Assembly (NCBI GenBank): GCA_964016885.1
Contig: OZ024740.1
Span: 175,274,001-175,338,000, forward strand
Length of the DNA: 64,000 nt
Reading direction: 5' to 3'
Origin: Eledone cirrhosa
Taxonomy: Eukaryota
Below, piece after piece: positions 13,228 through 25,691 of the stretch. A program made the translations under genes and the position numbers. Position 1 is the stretch's first letter. Every line of letters begins with the position of its first letter. The notes beneath the pieces were generated by a model, which did no database searches, was not told where the DNA came from, and saw nothing but the letters and a program-made list of their open reading frames with translations.

Positions 13228-14356
13228 ATCTATGTTTATATATAAGGGATAATAATATTGCTTTCTCAGTCACCAAGCGTCTCAATTCATTCCTTACTAC
13301 TTATTTTGTTACGAGGTATATTATTTTGCAAGGTACTATTTTTCCCCTGAGTTTGTGATTTCAGAGAAAGGTAAGAAATTCTTCATATTTTGCATCTTTT
13401 GTATTTTGACTTTGCAGTTTCAATTGTCTATCCACTTAAAATATTACAACAGCTAACAGTGAAATATAGAATTTAAAAAAAAAAAGAAGCCTTTTCGACT
13501 GAGATCAAATGTTTTTTTTTATTTCAAAAATATATAATTTGAAATAGCTTGCTTTTGATTTGGACTGAAACTTTTTTGTATTTAATTTGTACGAGTATTT
13601 TTTAAAGAATCTAAGATAACTTGATTTGGCCCAGTAATCTACTGATATCAAAATCAGTAGTATATTGAAAAATGGAAAAATAGGGTAGGGGCGTTTCGTG
13701 ATTTCGAGGGGCAAAAGGGGGCGTTTTGCCAAAATGGGTTGAGAACCTTTGGTCTATCTCATAAAGATAATATATTACACCTTTCTCTAATGTTTTCAGA
13801 AATTTGGGAGAGGAGAAGTTGATTAAATAGATCCCAGTACTTGACTAGTATTTTATTTTATCAGTCCAGGAAGGAACATAGGCAGGATTTGAACTCTGAA
13901 CATAGAAAGTTGTAACTAAATACCGCAAAGATTCTGCCAAACCACTCCAATCAATACAAAAATAGTTTCATACAGAAATTAGTTTCTTTATTTTTCATTA
14001 TAAACAGCAGTTCTTTCCCACTTATGTATATATGGATCCGTAACTCTTCCAAGGAAGAGTGATAAAAGAAGTGAAACACAGATACAGAGGAAGGTTGACT
14101 ACAGTACTGGACTGACACTTTTTTATCGACCTCGAAAGTATTGAAAACAAAGCACAGAGAATTGGAACAAATACCGCAAAGCATTCTGTCAGATGTTCAA
14201 ACTAATCTGTTACTTCGCTACTTCCCCATTCTACTTATGATATGGTTAAAACACATTTTAGGAATATTATAAAACAATAAGTTAAATTCAAGCACACAAA
14301 AGAACGATTATCACTAATCATATATTACAAAATTATATTTGAAGTAATTTGTAATG

Positions 14357-15085
14357 TACGAGAGTGGGATCAAAAGTTCATAGGCTGACTATGAAGGGTT
14401 AGTGCTAGAGCTGTGAAATCTTGCATACATTAACTTCAACTATATGACATTCATGTATCTATGTTACTACATTAAGGGATGACGCTCCAGCTTTATAAAC
14501 AGTGAAAAAGTGGGCAGTTGAATTTGGGAGAGGAAGACGACTCAAGCTTTGGACGTCCTGCAACTGCCAACACCAAGGAAAATATTGATTGTGTTCCCCA
14601 CATGATGATGGATGACAAGCGATTGACTATAAATAAAATAGCCAATGGTATTAGACTATCCTCTGAGAGAGTTGAGAATATACTGCACAATGAACTTGGC
14701 ATGATGAAGGTTTCTGCTTGGTGGGTGCCACGTCTTCTGACACCTGACCCAAAGCGTACTATGCTGATCATATCACGGGAAAATCTGACATTGTTTCAGT
14801 TAGGTCCAGCTGGATTCCTTGAACGTTTCCTAACCCAGGTTAAATGTTGGGTTCATCACTTTGAGTTAGAGACAATGAGTCAATCTATGCAAAGAAGGCC
14901 AAGGTCGTTTCATCTGCAGGGAAGTTGATGGACTCAGTATTTTTTTTGCAAAAGGCATTGTGTATATTAACTACCTACAAAACGACCATCAATGGAGAAT
15001 ACTGTGACAACGTGCTGAAGCAGTTACAGAAGGCTATCAAGACCAAACACCCAGGAAAATTGACGAACTTTTTCATCTGGGCAAT
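14357..15085 (+). pseudogene. Decayed mariner transposon (transposase fragment)
   Basis: Left end TACGAGAGTGGGATCAAAAGTT. The ORF has GRP, an HTH-like segment, ILHNELGMMKVSAWWVPRLLT (mariner WVPHEL motif) and a decayed DETW region. Frameshifted. Confidence 0.85.
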
Positions 15086-15099
15086 GTTATTATAAGCTG

Positions 15100-15515
15100 C
15101 TTTTTTGTATCTCTATGCTATAATTTTGTATGTTAAGTGATTCTAAGTAGATTGGTAAACTTCGTAAATGTTGGTTTTATAAGATAAGACGAAGCTATTT
15201 TTGGAGGACCTAGAGTGCATACGAGAGGCAATGTTAGCGACTAAGACCAGAAGGTCTTCTACGAAAGGAGTGAGGTCATTTATCTTGGGTGGATATGCTC
15301 TAGATTTCAGGTTATAGGTGTCGATAGTGCCAGGCTCCTTTCGCTAGGGTTGTGCTGGTTCTCATATCAGGGTTCTGGAAGGTGTAGATATGCGAATAAA
15401 ATCATTGTTTAAGCGATCTTGTACCGTATTCACACATATTTCGCTATATAGAGTTCACGCGAACATCAACATAGCCATTTCAATTTTACATCTTGACTTA
15501 TTTCTCTTTGTTATA
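15100..15515 (-). pseudogene. Decayed PLE GIY-YIG fragment
   Basis: The minus strand reads YGTRSLKQ*FYSHIYTFQNPDMRTSTTLAK..W, matching STSFKARLYNHSSTFKYPLKRTNTALS of the 28 kb element. Related copy at 17296-17462. Confidence 0.55.
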
Positions 15516-15839
15516 CTACGTTAATAATATATAAATTTTTTGTTTTTCGTAAAGAAGCGTTCGACACGCTATATTTTTTAACGGTATCTGCAAACACGTC
15601 CAAGCGCCTGATGACTAAATCATAAATTTGATCGTTCTTCCACTCTGCACCACCGTACACAATCTGGGAGATAGTTCAAATTGGACCTTGAAACCTTTCA
15701 TAGTGCGTTTTGTTCCGCGTATAAACATAAATAAATAATAGAATGTATGCACCAAAACAACGTATTCCAGCGATCAACTGATGAGAGGGGTCTGTCTGTG
15801 TTTTGTTCGTTATTCCGTTGTCTTCACTCTCATTTATTA

Positions 15840-16550
15840 CTAGCCGAAATACCCGCACCTTGCTGCGTTTCACACTTTTTTTGTAAGAAAATGATGATTG
15901 ATTTTAAATCAGTGATATTTATGGAGAAAAACTCTGCATTTCAATATTACTCAATGTAGAATGTAATGCATGAAAGATTGGAAAACATTATTTTTGTGGA
16001 TTGGCAGTATCGGTAGAGGGTCGAACGCCATGCTTTCCAGCATAATTACCTCCCTTTACGATCTGAGTTCAAATCCCGCTGAGGTTGACTTTGCCTTTCA
16101 TCCTTACGGGGTCGATAAAATAAAGTACCAGTAATGCACTGGGTAATTGCTGGCCTTGTGCCTAAAGTAGAAACAATTATTTTTTGTAATATATCAAATC
16201 AAAATTACATTATTAAATATTATTCTTATTTTGTTTCTTCTAAATAATTTTTTCAAAATATCAATTCAAAACTTTTGTGAATAGGCATTATACCTTGTCA
16301 TTTACCTATGGTTTAAATTTCATATAAATCGAAGGGAAAACATTTTCAGGTGGGGTTTTCAGCAGGGGTTTGTGCCCCCGGGGAACCCTTTGATTAAAAT
16401 GAAATATACTTATCCAAGTACCCTAGGCAATGTAGTTTCAGAATATATATGGTTATGGGAGTCTATCTCCAAACCCAAAGGAGTAGTTCGTGAACAAACA
16501 AACAAATAAATAAACAGACAGGAATACAACTTTATATATATATATATAGT
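15840..16550 (-). mobile_element. Non-autonomous Helitron-like element carrying a SINE (15996-16180, +)
   Basis: Minus-strand 3' end CGCAGCAAGGTGCGGG-TATTTCGG-CTAG|T. The 5' region has TATATATA followed by (CTGT/TTGT)n. Confidence 0.6.
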
Positions 16551-16996
16551 AATAATAATAAATTTGAAGACTAAAATCCAAAGAGGGCTCGATAAGGATA
16601 AATATATATCAAATATATAAGAACCGTAGAGCAAATATTTATTAAAATAACAGATTAAAGTAGTCTTAAACTTTAATCTGTTATTTTAATAAATATATAT
16701 ATATATATATATATAGCCCCAATAACTTGTCTGTAACTCTGTACTACTTTGACCCCTTTAACTAAATTTTGTCCGAACAACACCACTAGAAGAATTTACT
16801 TCCCCCGCCAACCCTAACACGCCTCATTAAGCTAACTGCTGCCAAAACATTCTCTCCTTACAATCTCTACTAGTCTGACAGTCTTAAATCCTAGGACTCC
16901 CTCCACCTTACTCACTTCCCTCTTCCCCTTCTCTTCCTACCTCCTTTTTTCTCTTTTATCTAGTGTATAAAATATTTTCATATCATTCCAATACAA

Positions 16997-17113
16997 AGGT
17001 CTGACGACATGGTGTGTTTGCTTACAGTGTACCTTCGGTTTATGATAATATTTTTATATTATTCAAATAGCGAGGTATAGGTAACCCATACACTATAGAA
17101 ACAATTGTTACCT
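16997..17113 (+). ncRNA. Type I hammerhead ribozyme with about 90-nt extended stem II
   Basis: AGGT-CTGACGA-CATGGTGTGT...ATACACTATA-GAAA-CAATTG-TT-ACCT. Stem III palindrome ACAATTGT. Confidence 0.72.
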
Positions 17114-17157
17114 AATAAATTCTTTATACCCGCATTTCCATTTCATAAACTTCTTCT

Positions 17158-17238
<81 letters not shown>

Positions 17239-17295
17239 TAGATAGATTTACATATACATAAACTAGACAGAGCCATAAATATATATATATGTGTT

Positions 17296-17460
17296 TTCTC
17301 ATATCAGGGTTCCGGAAGGAGTAGTAATGCGAATAAAATCATTGTTTAAACGATCTTGTACCATATTCACACATATTTCGCTATATAGAGTTCACGCGAA
17401 AACCAACACCAACACCAACGTAGCCATTCCAATTTTACATCTTGAGTTATTTCTCTTTGT

Positions 17461-17462
<2 letters not shown>
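17296..17462 (-). pseudogene. PLE GIY-YIG fragment between microsatellites
   Basis: Reads [25 protein letters not shown] and is homologous to 15360-15515. Confidence 0.55.
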
Positions 17463-17513
<51 letters not shown>

Positions 17514-17529
17514 ACACACACACGCACAC

Positions 17530-17565
<36 letters not shown>

Positions 17566-17566
17566 G

Positions 17567-17747
17567 CCGTATATACTGGCGTACAAGTCGATCCGGCACT
17601 CAGATCGAACCCTGAAATTCTGAGGTGTAGTTCAGGTGAAGCAGCACGCATGCTTCCACATTTTATTTTCGGCTGACAACTTGACCCCCTAATTTTGGGG
17701 AGATATATTTAGGCTCCAAATGTCGACTTGTACGCCGGCATACGCGG
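17567..17747. mobile_element. Tc1/pogo(Tigger)-type MITE in (TA)n
   Basis: TIRs CCGTATATACTGGCGTACAAGTCGA / TCGACTTGTACGCCGGCATACGCGG, followed by TA. Confidence 0.75.
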
Positions 17748-18172
17748 TATATATATATATATAAGAAAAATGGAGTGCTGCGTGGTTGCACATGGGTTAC
17801 ATATGAATAAAATTAGTCCTTCATCAGTGATCTTCCAACTTTCATTGGTATTTCATCGTTTTAAAAATCATATACCTCTGGTTGGTGCGGTAGTTGATGG
17901 TCAACTTCCTTCGGACCTGCGCCTGCGCAGACCGGTGGGGGTGAATTGGGACTCACAAGGGAACGGGCGTAGAACCTAAGAGCACACGCTTTGTCCTTTC
18001 CCATGTCGATTCAATTTGGATTGCCTCGGAAACATACCTTATTATGTAAAAAGCTGTCTGATGATGTCACGGCACTGGCACACCCAACCCTGTGGCCACT
18101 GTCGTCATTGAAATATGTATCACAGCATTATCATTAAAGGACTTTAACATCTGAAAGTACTTCGCTTTTTCT

Positions 18173-18289
<117 letters not shown>

Positions 18290-18637
18290 TATATATATAA
18301 ATATAATTTCAGCGAGATCGAATTTCGGTAGTGGTCGAAAACAAAGCGAAACGCAATTTCCGAGTTATGCAGCAAGCGGGCCATGGACCAGAGCAATAAA
18401 CAAAGGTTATAGAGGCCAAACAAACTGAAAATGCCGGTCAATAAGCCATCAGCCACCTAAGCCCAAAAAATCGAAGCAAGCTAAACAGGTCAAACAAAAG
18501 AAAATTTACCTGGACCCCAGGAATTGATGGTATAATCCAGTAAAGGTTTTCTGCGACAGCTAAATCAATTATACTATATGCTTCCATATTAAGCTTTTGG
18601 TATAATGATCGAACAAGCCTGCCACTTCGTCAACAGG

Positions 18638-18676
<39 letters not shown>

Positions 18677-18735
18677 TACATATATATATATATATAATAA
18701 AAGAAAATTTCGCTCTACATGGCTGAATACAATAA

Positions 18736-19080
18736 ATGTAATCCTAGTTTTTCGAATATTAATAACATTCGATTTGTTTGCAATTATACAAACAAGCCTC
18801 ATTTTTAAAGCCATGTCAGTAGAATGAACCCTTCATTCTTGTTCTTGTGTTGGCATGTAAACAGAACTGCAGACACTAATGTTTCTAGGTATCACCCTTC
18901 ATCAGTACAGCTCACTGTTCACCCGCTAATATATGCTATTTTCTAAAATATTTACATGCCAACACAAGAGCAAGAATGAAGTGTTCATTTTACTGACATG
19001 GCTGTAAAAATGAGGCTTGTTTGTATAATTGCAAACAAATCGTATGTTATTATTAAGATACGAAAAACCCAGATTACATA
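18736..19080. repeat. Fold-back unit (arms 18736-18861 / 18951-19080) between (TA)n tracts
   Basis: ...AAGCCTCATTTTTAAAGCCATGTCAGTAG...TGGCATGTAAA pairs with TTTACATGCCA...TACTGACATGGCTGTAAAAATGAGGCTT. Confidence 0.85.
18864..18913 (-). ncRNA. Minimal type I hammerhead ribozyme
   Basis: Reverse complement: GAGCTGTA-CTGATGA-AGGGTGATACCTA-GAAA-CATTAGTG-TC-TGCAGTTC. Confidence 0.85.
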
Positions 19081-19186
19081 TATATATGCATATATATACA
19101 TATATATATATATTATTAGAAATGTAAGCTATCGCCGTATTTTGACTAAAGAAATTAAAGAAATTATTTAGCCTGATAGTGGGGTT

Positions 19187-19309
<123 letters not shown>

Positions 19310-19377
19310 CAAGGTTTTAGCAAATAAGAAAAAGTTTTAAAATAAATTTTAAAAAGTTCACTGTACTTGCTGTAATT

Positions 19378-19462
19378 ACCCTTACCGTACGGTTTCAAGT
19401 CTCGAAATAAATGGATAATCCACACGGAAATACATTGAAAAGGAAGACTTTCGTCAGAGGGT
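19378..19462 (-). ncRNA. Type I hammerhead ribozyme
   Basis: Reverse complement: ACCCT-CTGACGA-AAGTCT...AGACTT-GAAA-CCGTACGG-TA-AGGGT. Palindrome ACCGTACGGT. Confidence 0.87.
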
Positions 19463-19784
19463 TCTTTTCGCTCGGAGAATATAAAATTCCCGAGTTCAAA
19501 TCACGAACTGGCGCCATTCAAAATTGTTCCCGAGATGAGAGTGTATGATGAAGAAGCAATTCTGCCTAGTGTAAAGATAGAAGGCAGAGGCGGAAAGGTC
19601 AATCTACACGGTTGGATAATACATGTGTCCCTATATGTATTTTGCATATAGGGATACATACCTTATTATTATTATTATTATTATTAGCCGAGGTTAACTT
19701 TGCCTTTCATCCTTACGGGGTCGATAAAATAAAGTACCAGTAATGTACTGGGTAATTGCTGGCCTTGTGCCTAAAATAGAAACA

Positions 19785-19816
<32 letters not shown>

Positions 19817-19910
19817 TATTAAAATAACAGATTAAAGTTTAAGCAAAGAATCGCTGCCTTCACCTTATGTATGTATTATATTATATTATATTATTCATTT
19901 TCATACACAG

Positions 19911-20002
19911 AAAAGCGGTACCCAAGGTTTCAAGGCCCAAATTTGACAATACCTCCAGAATACAAGAGGCACCAAATTAGTGACCTTTCTTCCGGCGCGT
20001 TT
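19911..20002 (-). ncRNA. Degenerate hammerhead (core CGGAAGA)
   Basis: Reverse complement: AAACGCGC-CGGAAGA-AAGGTC...GGCCTT-GAAA-CCTTGGG-TA-CCGCTTTT. U4 and the closing pair are mutated. Confidence 0.5.
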
Positions 20003-20479
20003 ACACACACACACACACACATACAAACGCACACGCACACACACACACACATAGACATACATATACCCACATATACTAAGACACATACGCACACACGAAC
20101 AATCATACGCAAACGACTGATTATTATATGAGTAGCTTGTTAGTACGACCGCTCGAACGAAATCTGTATTAGATAAAAATAGCTAATAGTATTTAGTATT
20201 AAATTTATGCAGTTTATAAATTCCCTGGTGTCTGACATAAATTGGTTTAGTGAATAGAACCTGTTTTCATTGAGTCGACATATTTTCCAGTTCCAGTAAC
20301 ACAGTCCCTACTCTTTTTTAAGTTCAATTGTATATATGAATATGCATATCTCACTCTCTTTCTATATATATATATAATATACATGTACATGATGGCTGCC
20401 CCCTCGTTATCAAGTATGGCCATTGCAAGATATAACATTATTAATAATTATTAATTAATGCCATCGTGCAATCCCTGTG

Positions 20480-20783
20480 CGCGAAGATTTTTTCAAAGTG
20501 AGGAACGACTGTGCACTGAGCTAATCTCACTCTCTGAGCGACAGTAGCTATAACCCGAAAAGAAGAAAAGATCAACATCATCGTTAACTACTGAGGCGCA
20601 GGTTTTATATCAGAGTTATCCCAGTTTCCTGAGTTGCTTCTCCTAGAAGAATGCCCTGACAAAAGCTAGGAGTAATTCACTCCCAGTGGTTTAACCGCGT
20701 GATCGGGTATCCTACCCGATTATTTCTATGTCCGCACGCACACACACACGCACACACACACGCACACACACACACGCACACGC

Positions 20784-20869
<86 letters not shown>

Positions 20870-21081
20870 ATATACATAGTTAAACATATTTCGATGTCCG
20901 TTGACTCTTATGATTTCTTCCGCCCTTTGTCAGGTTTTGTTTTTTGTCCTGCAGGGTGTCCAAAATCACCCTCCGCACCAAGTAAACTTGGTGGGGTTGC
21001 CGGTTTAGTCGCCGATGACCCGACCATGTGACAGCTTGTACTGGGTTACACGTTACCAGTAGCACTCAAGAGTGATCCGAC
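20480..21081 (-). mobile_element. Diverged relative of the 608-bp non-coding repeat, interrupted by (CA)n
   Basis: Shares CTACTGGTAAC.TGTA.CCCAGTACAA, GGCGACTAAAC.GGCAACCCCACCAAG and GGAGGGTGA.TTTGGACA.CCTGCAGGAC with 44764-45371. Confidence 0.75.
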
Positions 21082-21668
21082 ATGTACACACACACACACA
21101 CACACATACATATTAATATATATATACATATTCATTTTATTAAGGCTGAATAGTAAGTCTTGGTACTTTAGTGTTCTGTCAGACCCAGGATTATTTACTT
21201 GAGTAAATATCACCAGAATCTAACTACTAATTTTTATACAGAAAAGGATAAGATATATTTAGAAAACACCATATCGAATATAAGTCTTCATTTTATTTTA
21301 ACTCCGTCATAATCGTGGTTCACAAAATATCCTCACGCATATTTAGGTTTAGTTCAAGCTCGTGGTTAACATGTTCATCTCCAGTGTTGTCAGTTCGAAG
21401 GAAAGCGCCAAAGAGAGAAAGAGCAGGCTTGGTTGCCTCTATTTATAACCTCTTTCTGCAATTTGCCAAAGAGGATTCTAGACTTTCGACGGGAAGTAAC
21501 TCTAACTACTTCCCTGTCTAGAGAGCGCTACAGTACTCTGGAGTTTTGCGTGTTTCCCTGTGATAAACATACGAAACTCAGCCTTAATAAAATGAATATC
21601 AAAACTCTACTTTGGTATTGAATACTCCTTTCTCTCGACAGTGAAACATATACGGACACACACACACA

Positions 21669-21820
<152 letters not shown>

Positions 21821-22886
21821 TTAAAGCGTAATCCAATGCAAGCGGCATTCATTGATAAATAATAAGAATAATTTTTGACTATTCTGTCTAGAATCTGAAT
21901 ACAACGGTTTTTTTTATCCTCTTCTTTTCTTTATCCTTTCCTTTTCTTCTTTTCTTTATTTCCCTTCTTTTCTCTCCGCATCTTCCCTTTCAACTTCCCT
22001 TCTATATTTCTTTGTTGCTTTACGCCTTCTTCTCTAAGTTTCTCATATTTTTTATGGTATATAAATGTTGAGTGTTGGGGAAATAACTTACTGCCACTAC
22101 AGGGATTGAAGCTTCAAGACCTTATGAGTATGTCGTATAACCAATCTCTTATATATTTTATCTGATGAAAACGTACTGCAACACCATTGTACTCATTTAT
22201 TAATATTTTGAATAATATTATATATATATATATTCAGATCTAGTGATTTTTATACTTTATAAGGGAGGAAGAACTCAAAATTTATAATGGAGTAAATATA
22301 TTAGTATTTATTCATTTTCTTACAACATAACTATGATGCATCAACAAAACGAGTTGATAGTTCACTAAGCTCCACAGAAGTAATTGTCTGAAGAAACCGA
22401 CCGAATTATCAACTCGCTTTGCTGAAGTATCATTGCGATGTGGTAAGAAAATGGATAAATAAACTTGTATACACACACACATTAGAGTGAAGGAAACATT
22501 GAAGAAACGTTTGTTTCTCTGTTCATATCTAATTGCTTGTAGGTTTAGTTATTATTAGAAGGAATAATATATTTCCGATGAACGAAGATACACTCACGGA
22601 TTTTCTCCCAAGCGTTTATCTACAGTGAAAGATTACTTAAAGTATTGCTGAAGTTAATGTGGTAATAGACGAAGGATTTATCATATAACTAATATATGAG
22701 TGTGTATATATATATATATGTATATATATATATGTATATATATGTATATATCCTTCGAAACGAAAAGCCGGTGCTTGGTGAACGAAGTCCTTCACTATAT
22801 TTGCTCTGCATCGTGTTACAGACACAGTTATCAATATCCCGCCGTTACAATTTCAGTGAACCGAACTGTAACCAACAATACCAATG

Positions 22887-22997
22887 TCTTCTTCTTCTTC
22901 TTCTTCTTCTTCTTCTTCTTCTTCTTCTTCTTCTTCTTCTTCTTCTTCTTCTTCTTCTTCTTCTTCTTCTTCTTCTTCTTCTTCTTCTTCTTCTTCT
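22887..22997. repeat. (TTC)n microsatellite
   Basis: Pure trinucleotide tract. Confidence 0.95.
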
Positions 22998-24818
22998 AAT
23001 TCCTGAGAAGGTCGTGGGGGCAGAGTCCACAAACACTCGGGTCCGACCGCGGCAAGCATTCGAGATATCGTGGGAAAATTGCCAAGAAGTATATTCTGTT
23101 TTGTCGGCCAATGTCCACTAATTGCAAATGAATTAGAAAGGGGAATTACAATAAATATCTTGTCATTAATTTGAGGGTTGTCTATCATGTTATTAGTGTT
23201 ATTTAGTCCAATGCTAATCCCGATGGAACTGATTTGATTCGAATCAAATGTGTTTCAAGTCTAATCACCACGCCTTTTTTCCCCAGCCACATTTAATTTA
23301 GGACTTCATCATTCAATGTGTCCTCAGTGTTCCCAGCCAAATTGAAAATTTAACTTCGCAATGAACTTATATTACTCAATTAACTCATTTCAATTAAGAT
23401 AATGGTATAACTCGAACTGTTGCTAATGATGCCTCCTACTCTTCAAGTGCTTTTCAACTACTCGTTAGAATATTTCTATAGTATTCCACCAGAGCAATGG
23501 CCAGGATGTACCTGGCCTTAGTGGATCCTCATCAAGCAGACATATGGGTAAAAGTCTTCCAATAATCGACATCATGTATTGTTTGTATATATGTAAGACT
23601 TCACTGTCCAGTTAGTTCTTTCTTTATTAATACAAGACAATGTGGTGGTGATGCTGGTGTTTAGGAGGGTTAAATATTATTTCTAGCAGATATTTGAAAG
23701 ATGTTAGACTGTGATTTGAAGGATATTTGACTAATCTTTCTAGCACGTTGATTGTATAGAGGCTTCCGCAGTAGTTATTTGTGCTTTAATTGGTTGTTAC
23801 TAAGCCGTAGCTTAATAATAATCTAACTCCCCAGCCATCTATGGACTCATAAAATCCACTCAATATAGAAGCCAAATTCATAGTCTTCATCGACTATCGA
23901 TAGATGACAACCACTAAGCAGTTTTTCAGCCGCCTTGGGTCAAGCTTGACCATGGTTTTGCAACTGAGAAGTCCCTCTTCAAGGCGAAGGCATGGATAAG
24001 CTCTCTTGTCGAAGGCCAGCTGTTATCCATACATTCACGCCTTGTTGTGCAAAAGGAAGGCAAATGCCAATACAGCTTGGCATAACTGCCCACGTAAGCG
24101 AACTCAGAATCGCAAAGGACAAAAGATATACTGCAAGGTATTACATCCAACGTTCTAATAATCTCACTAATCCACTCTTCTGTTCTTGTACTTTATTTAT
24201 CGACTCGCAAGCTTTGTAAGGTAAAGTTGAGCTCGGTGTGATTTGAACTTAGAACACCGAGAGAAACGGCACGAATACTACTAAGCATTATAATTCGAGA
24301 CTTGAATGACTGGAAAAAATTCGTCGGATCATTTAGCAGTAGTTGTTTTTTTACATACATATGATATGGCTGGCAATTGCTATGTAACTGATGGTTATGA
24401 TACAGTTAAAACGTCAGAAATAGAGATGGATTAGATTTATCTATATATTTTGTTTATACTTATGAGACACATCTATACCTTATTAAACTGGTTGTTTATT
24501 TAATTAATTGGTTGCGGTGAATTAGTTAGTATTAAATTATTATAAATTGTATTAATTGATTGGTATTAAGCAGTAGTTATCTTGTACACGTGTTTTATGA
24601 TTGACAATAATTGTGTAGCAGAAGCTTATGTTGTGGTTAAGATACAAGAAATGGAGATGGCTGTAATTAACTAATTAATTATTTCACATGATTATTTATG
24701 AATTTGTTTTGCTTCTATAATGTAAATATTTGTATACTCTGTTAAAAACTGTTATTCTATTTCACTGCCTTGTCTTAATTGAATTTAAATGGAAAAAAAG
24801 AGTATCAAATGATAGATA

Positions 24819-25152
24819 CAGTTGCCCCCCGGTATTCGCGGCGGTCACATTCATAGAGCACCCGCGAAGAGTGAAAAACTGCGAATATTGGACGTGGCCC
24901 ATAAAAATGCCTATAAAAGTCAAAATATAACATAAAATGTACAAAAGGCGTACAATAGACCGGCAAATACGGTACATCGTTATTGATAATTTCGGGTTTA
25001 AATAAATATATTGCCACGAAAAAAGCCATAAAAATATCGTGGGAAATATTTACGATTCCGCGAATATGTGGTGGTTTCCACGAGCAATTTTTAGTTAGGT
25101 TCAAAGGAAAATTCCACGAATAACCTTGGCCGCGAATGCCGGGGGTACACTG
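24819..25152. mobile_element. Tigger/pogo-type MITE
   Basis: TA|CAGTTGCCCCCCGGTATTCGCGG ... CCGCGAATGCCGGGGGTACACTG|TA, with internal repeats of the CCGCGAATA motif. Confidence 0.85.
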
Positions 25153-25597
25153 TATTAAGCAGGTGATATGTATACATGTATATATAAGTATGTACGTACA
25201 CACACATACACATAATCTCTCTCTCTCACACATTTTGTTCCGAAGAATAATGTAGCATTGACTTCGAAGTTTCAGCGATGGCGCCACCTCAGACTACTGT
25301 GTGAAAAGCAGCATAGTCGAAAATTCAAAATCACTGCCATCCTTTGTTTATGGAAAATAAACTGTTCACATGTATTCACATACTCTGTTCACATGTATTG
25401 AGTGCTTATTCAGTTACAATTTCAATGTTCAATGTACACTTCTACATACATCACCTTCAATATATACTTGATTAGTTTATATATATACATATATATATAT
25501 ATAACGAAGGAAGTGTGGTAAGGAACCAGGTGGACCATAACGCACCAGTGTACTCAATACTTAGGGTAGTAGAGTGGGTAATAGGAAAATGTTCAAG

Positions 25598-25691
25598 ACC
25601 CCGACGGCAGACCTCAAGCCGTTTCGACGGCTATTTCTGGACGAAATTAGATTTTTAGCGTGGTAATAAATAGCCGAACTTTTCAAGGGGT
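25598..25691 (-). ncRNA. Type I hammerhead with U3-A8 variant core
   Basis: Reverse complement: ACCCC-TTGAAAA-GTTCGGCTATTT...AAATAGCCGTC-GAAA-CGGC TTGAGGTCT GCCG-TC-GGGGT. Confidence 0.8.

Larger units (their letters stand above)
10691..13751. mobile_element. Non-autonomous hAT-type DNA transposon, expanded by nested insertions
   Basis: TIRs TAAAGGTTCTCAAC / GTTGAGAACCTTTG. A perfect 8-bp TSD GTCTATCT lies at 10683-10690 and 13752-13759. Confidence 0.85.

Noticed and set aside
13355-13378. Possible microexon TTTCAG|AGAAAG|GTAAGA
   Set aside because: It lies inside a hAT-derived element and there are no other exons to support it.
15395-17350. TGA shared at the same position in two GIY-YIG fragments (possible recoding)
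   Set aside because: It falls on the conserved Arg of FKxR, so CGA>TGA CpG decay or descent from a dead copy is simpler.
18305-18638. Possible PLE RT-thumb fragment (PRN*WYNP)
   Set aside because: The similarity rests on one short motif, not enough to list as a feature.
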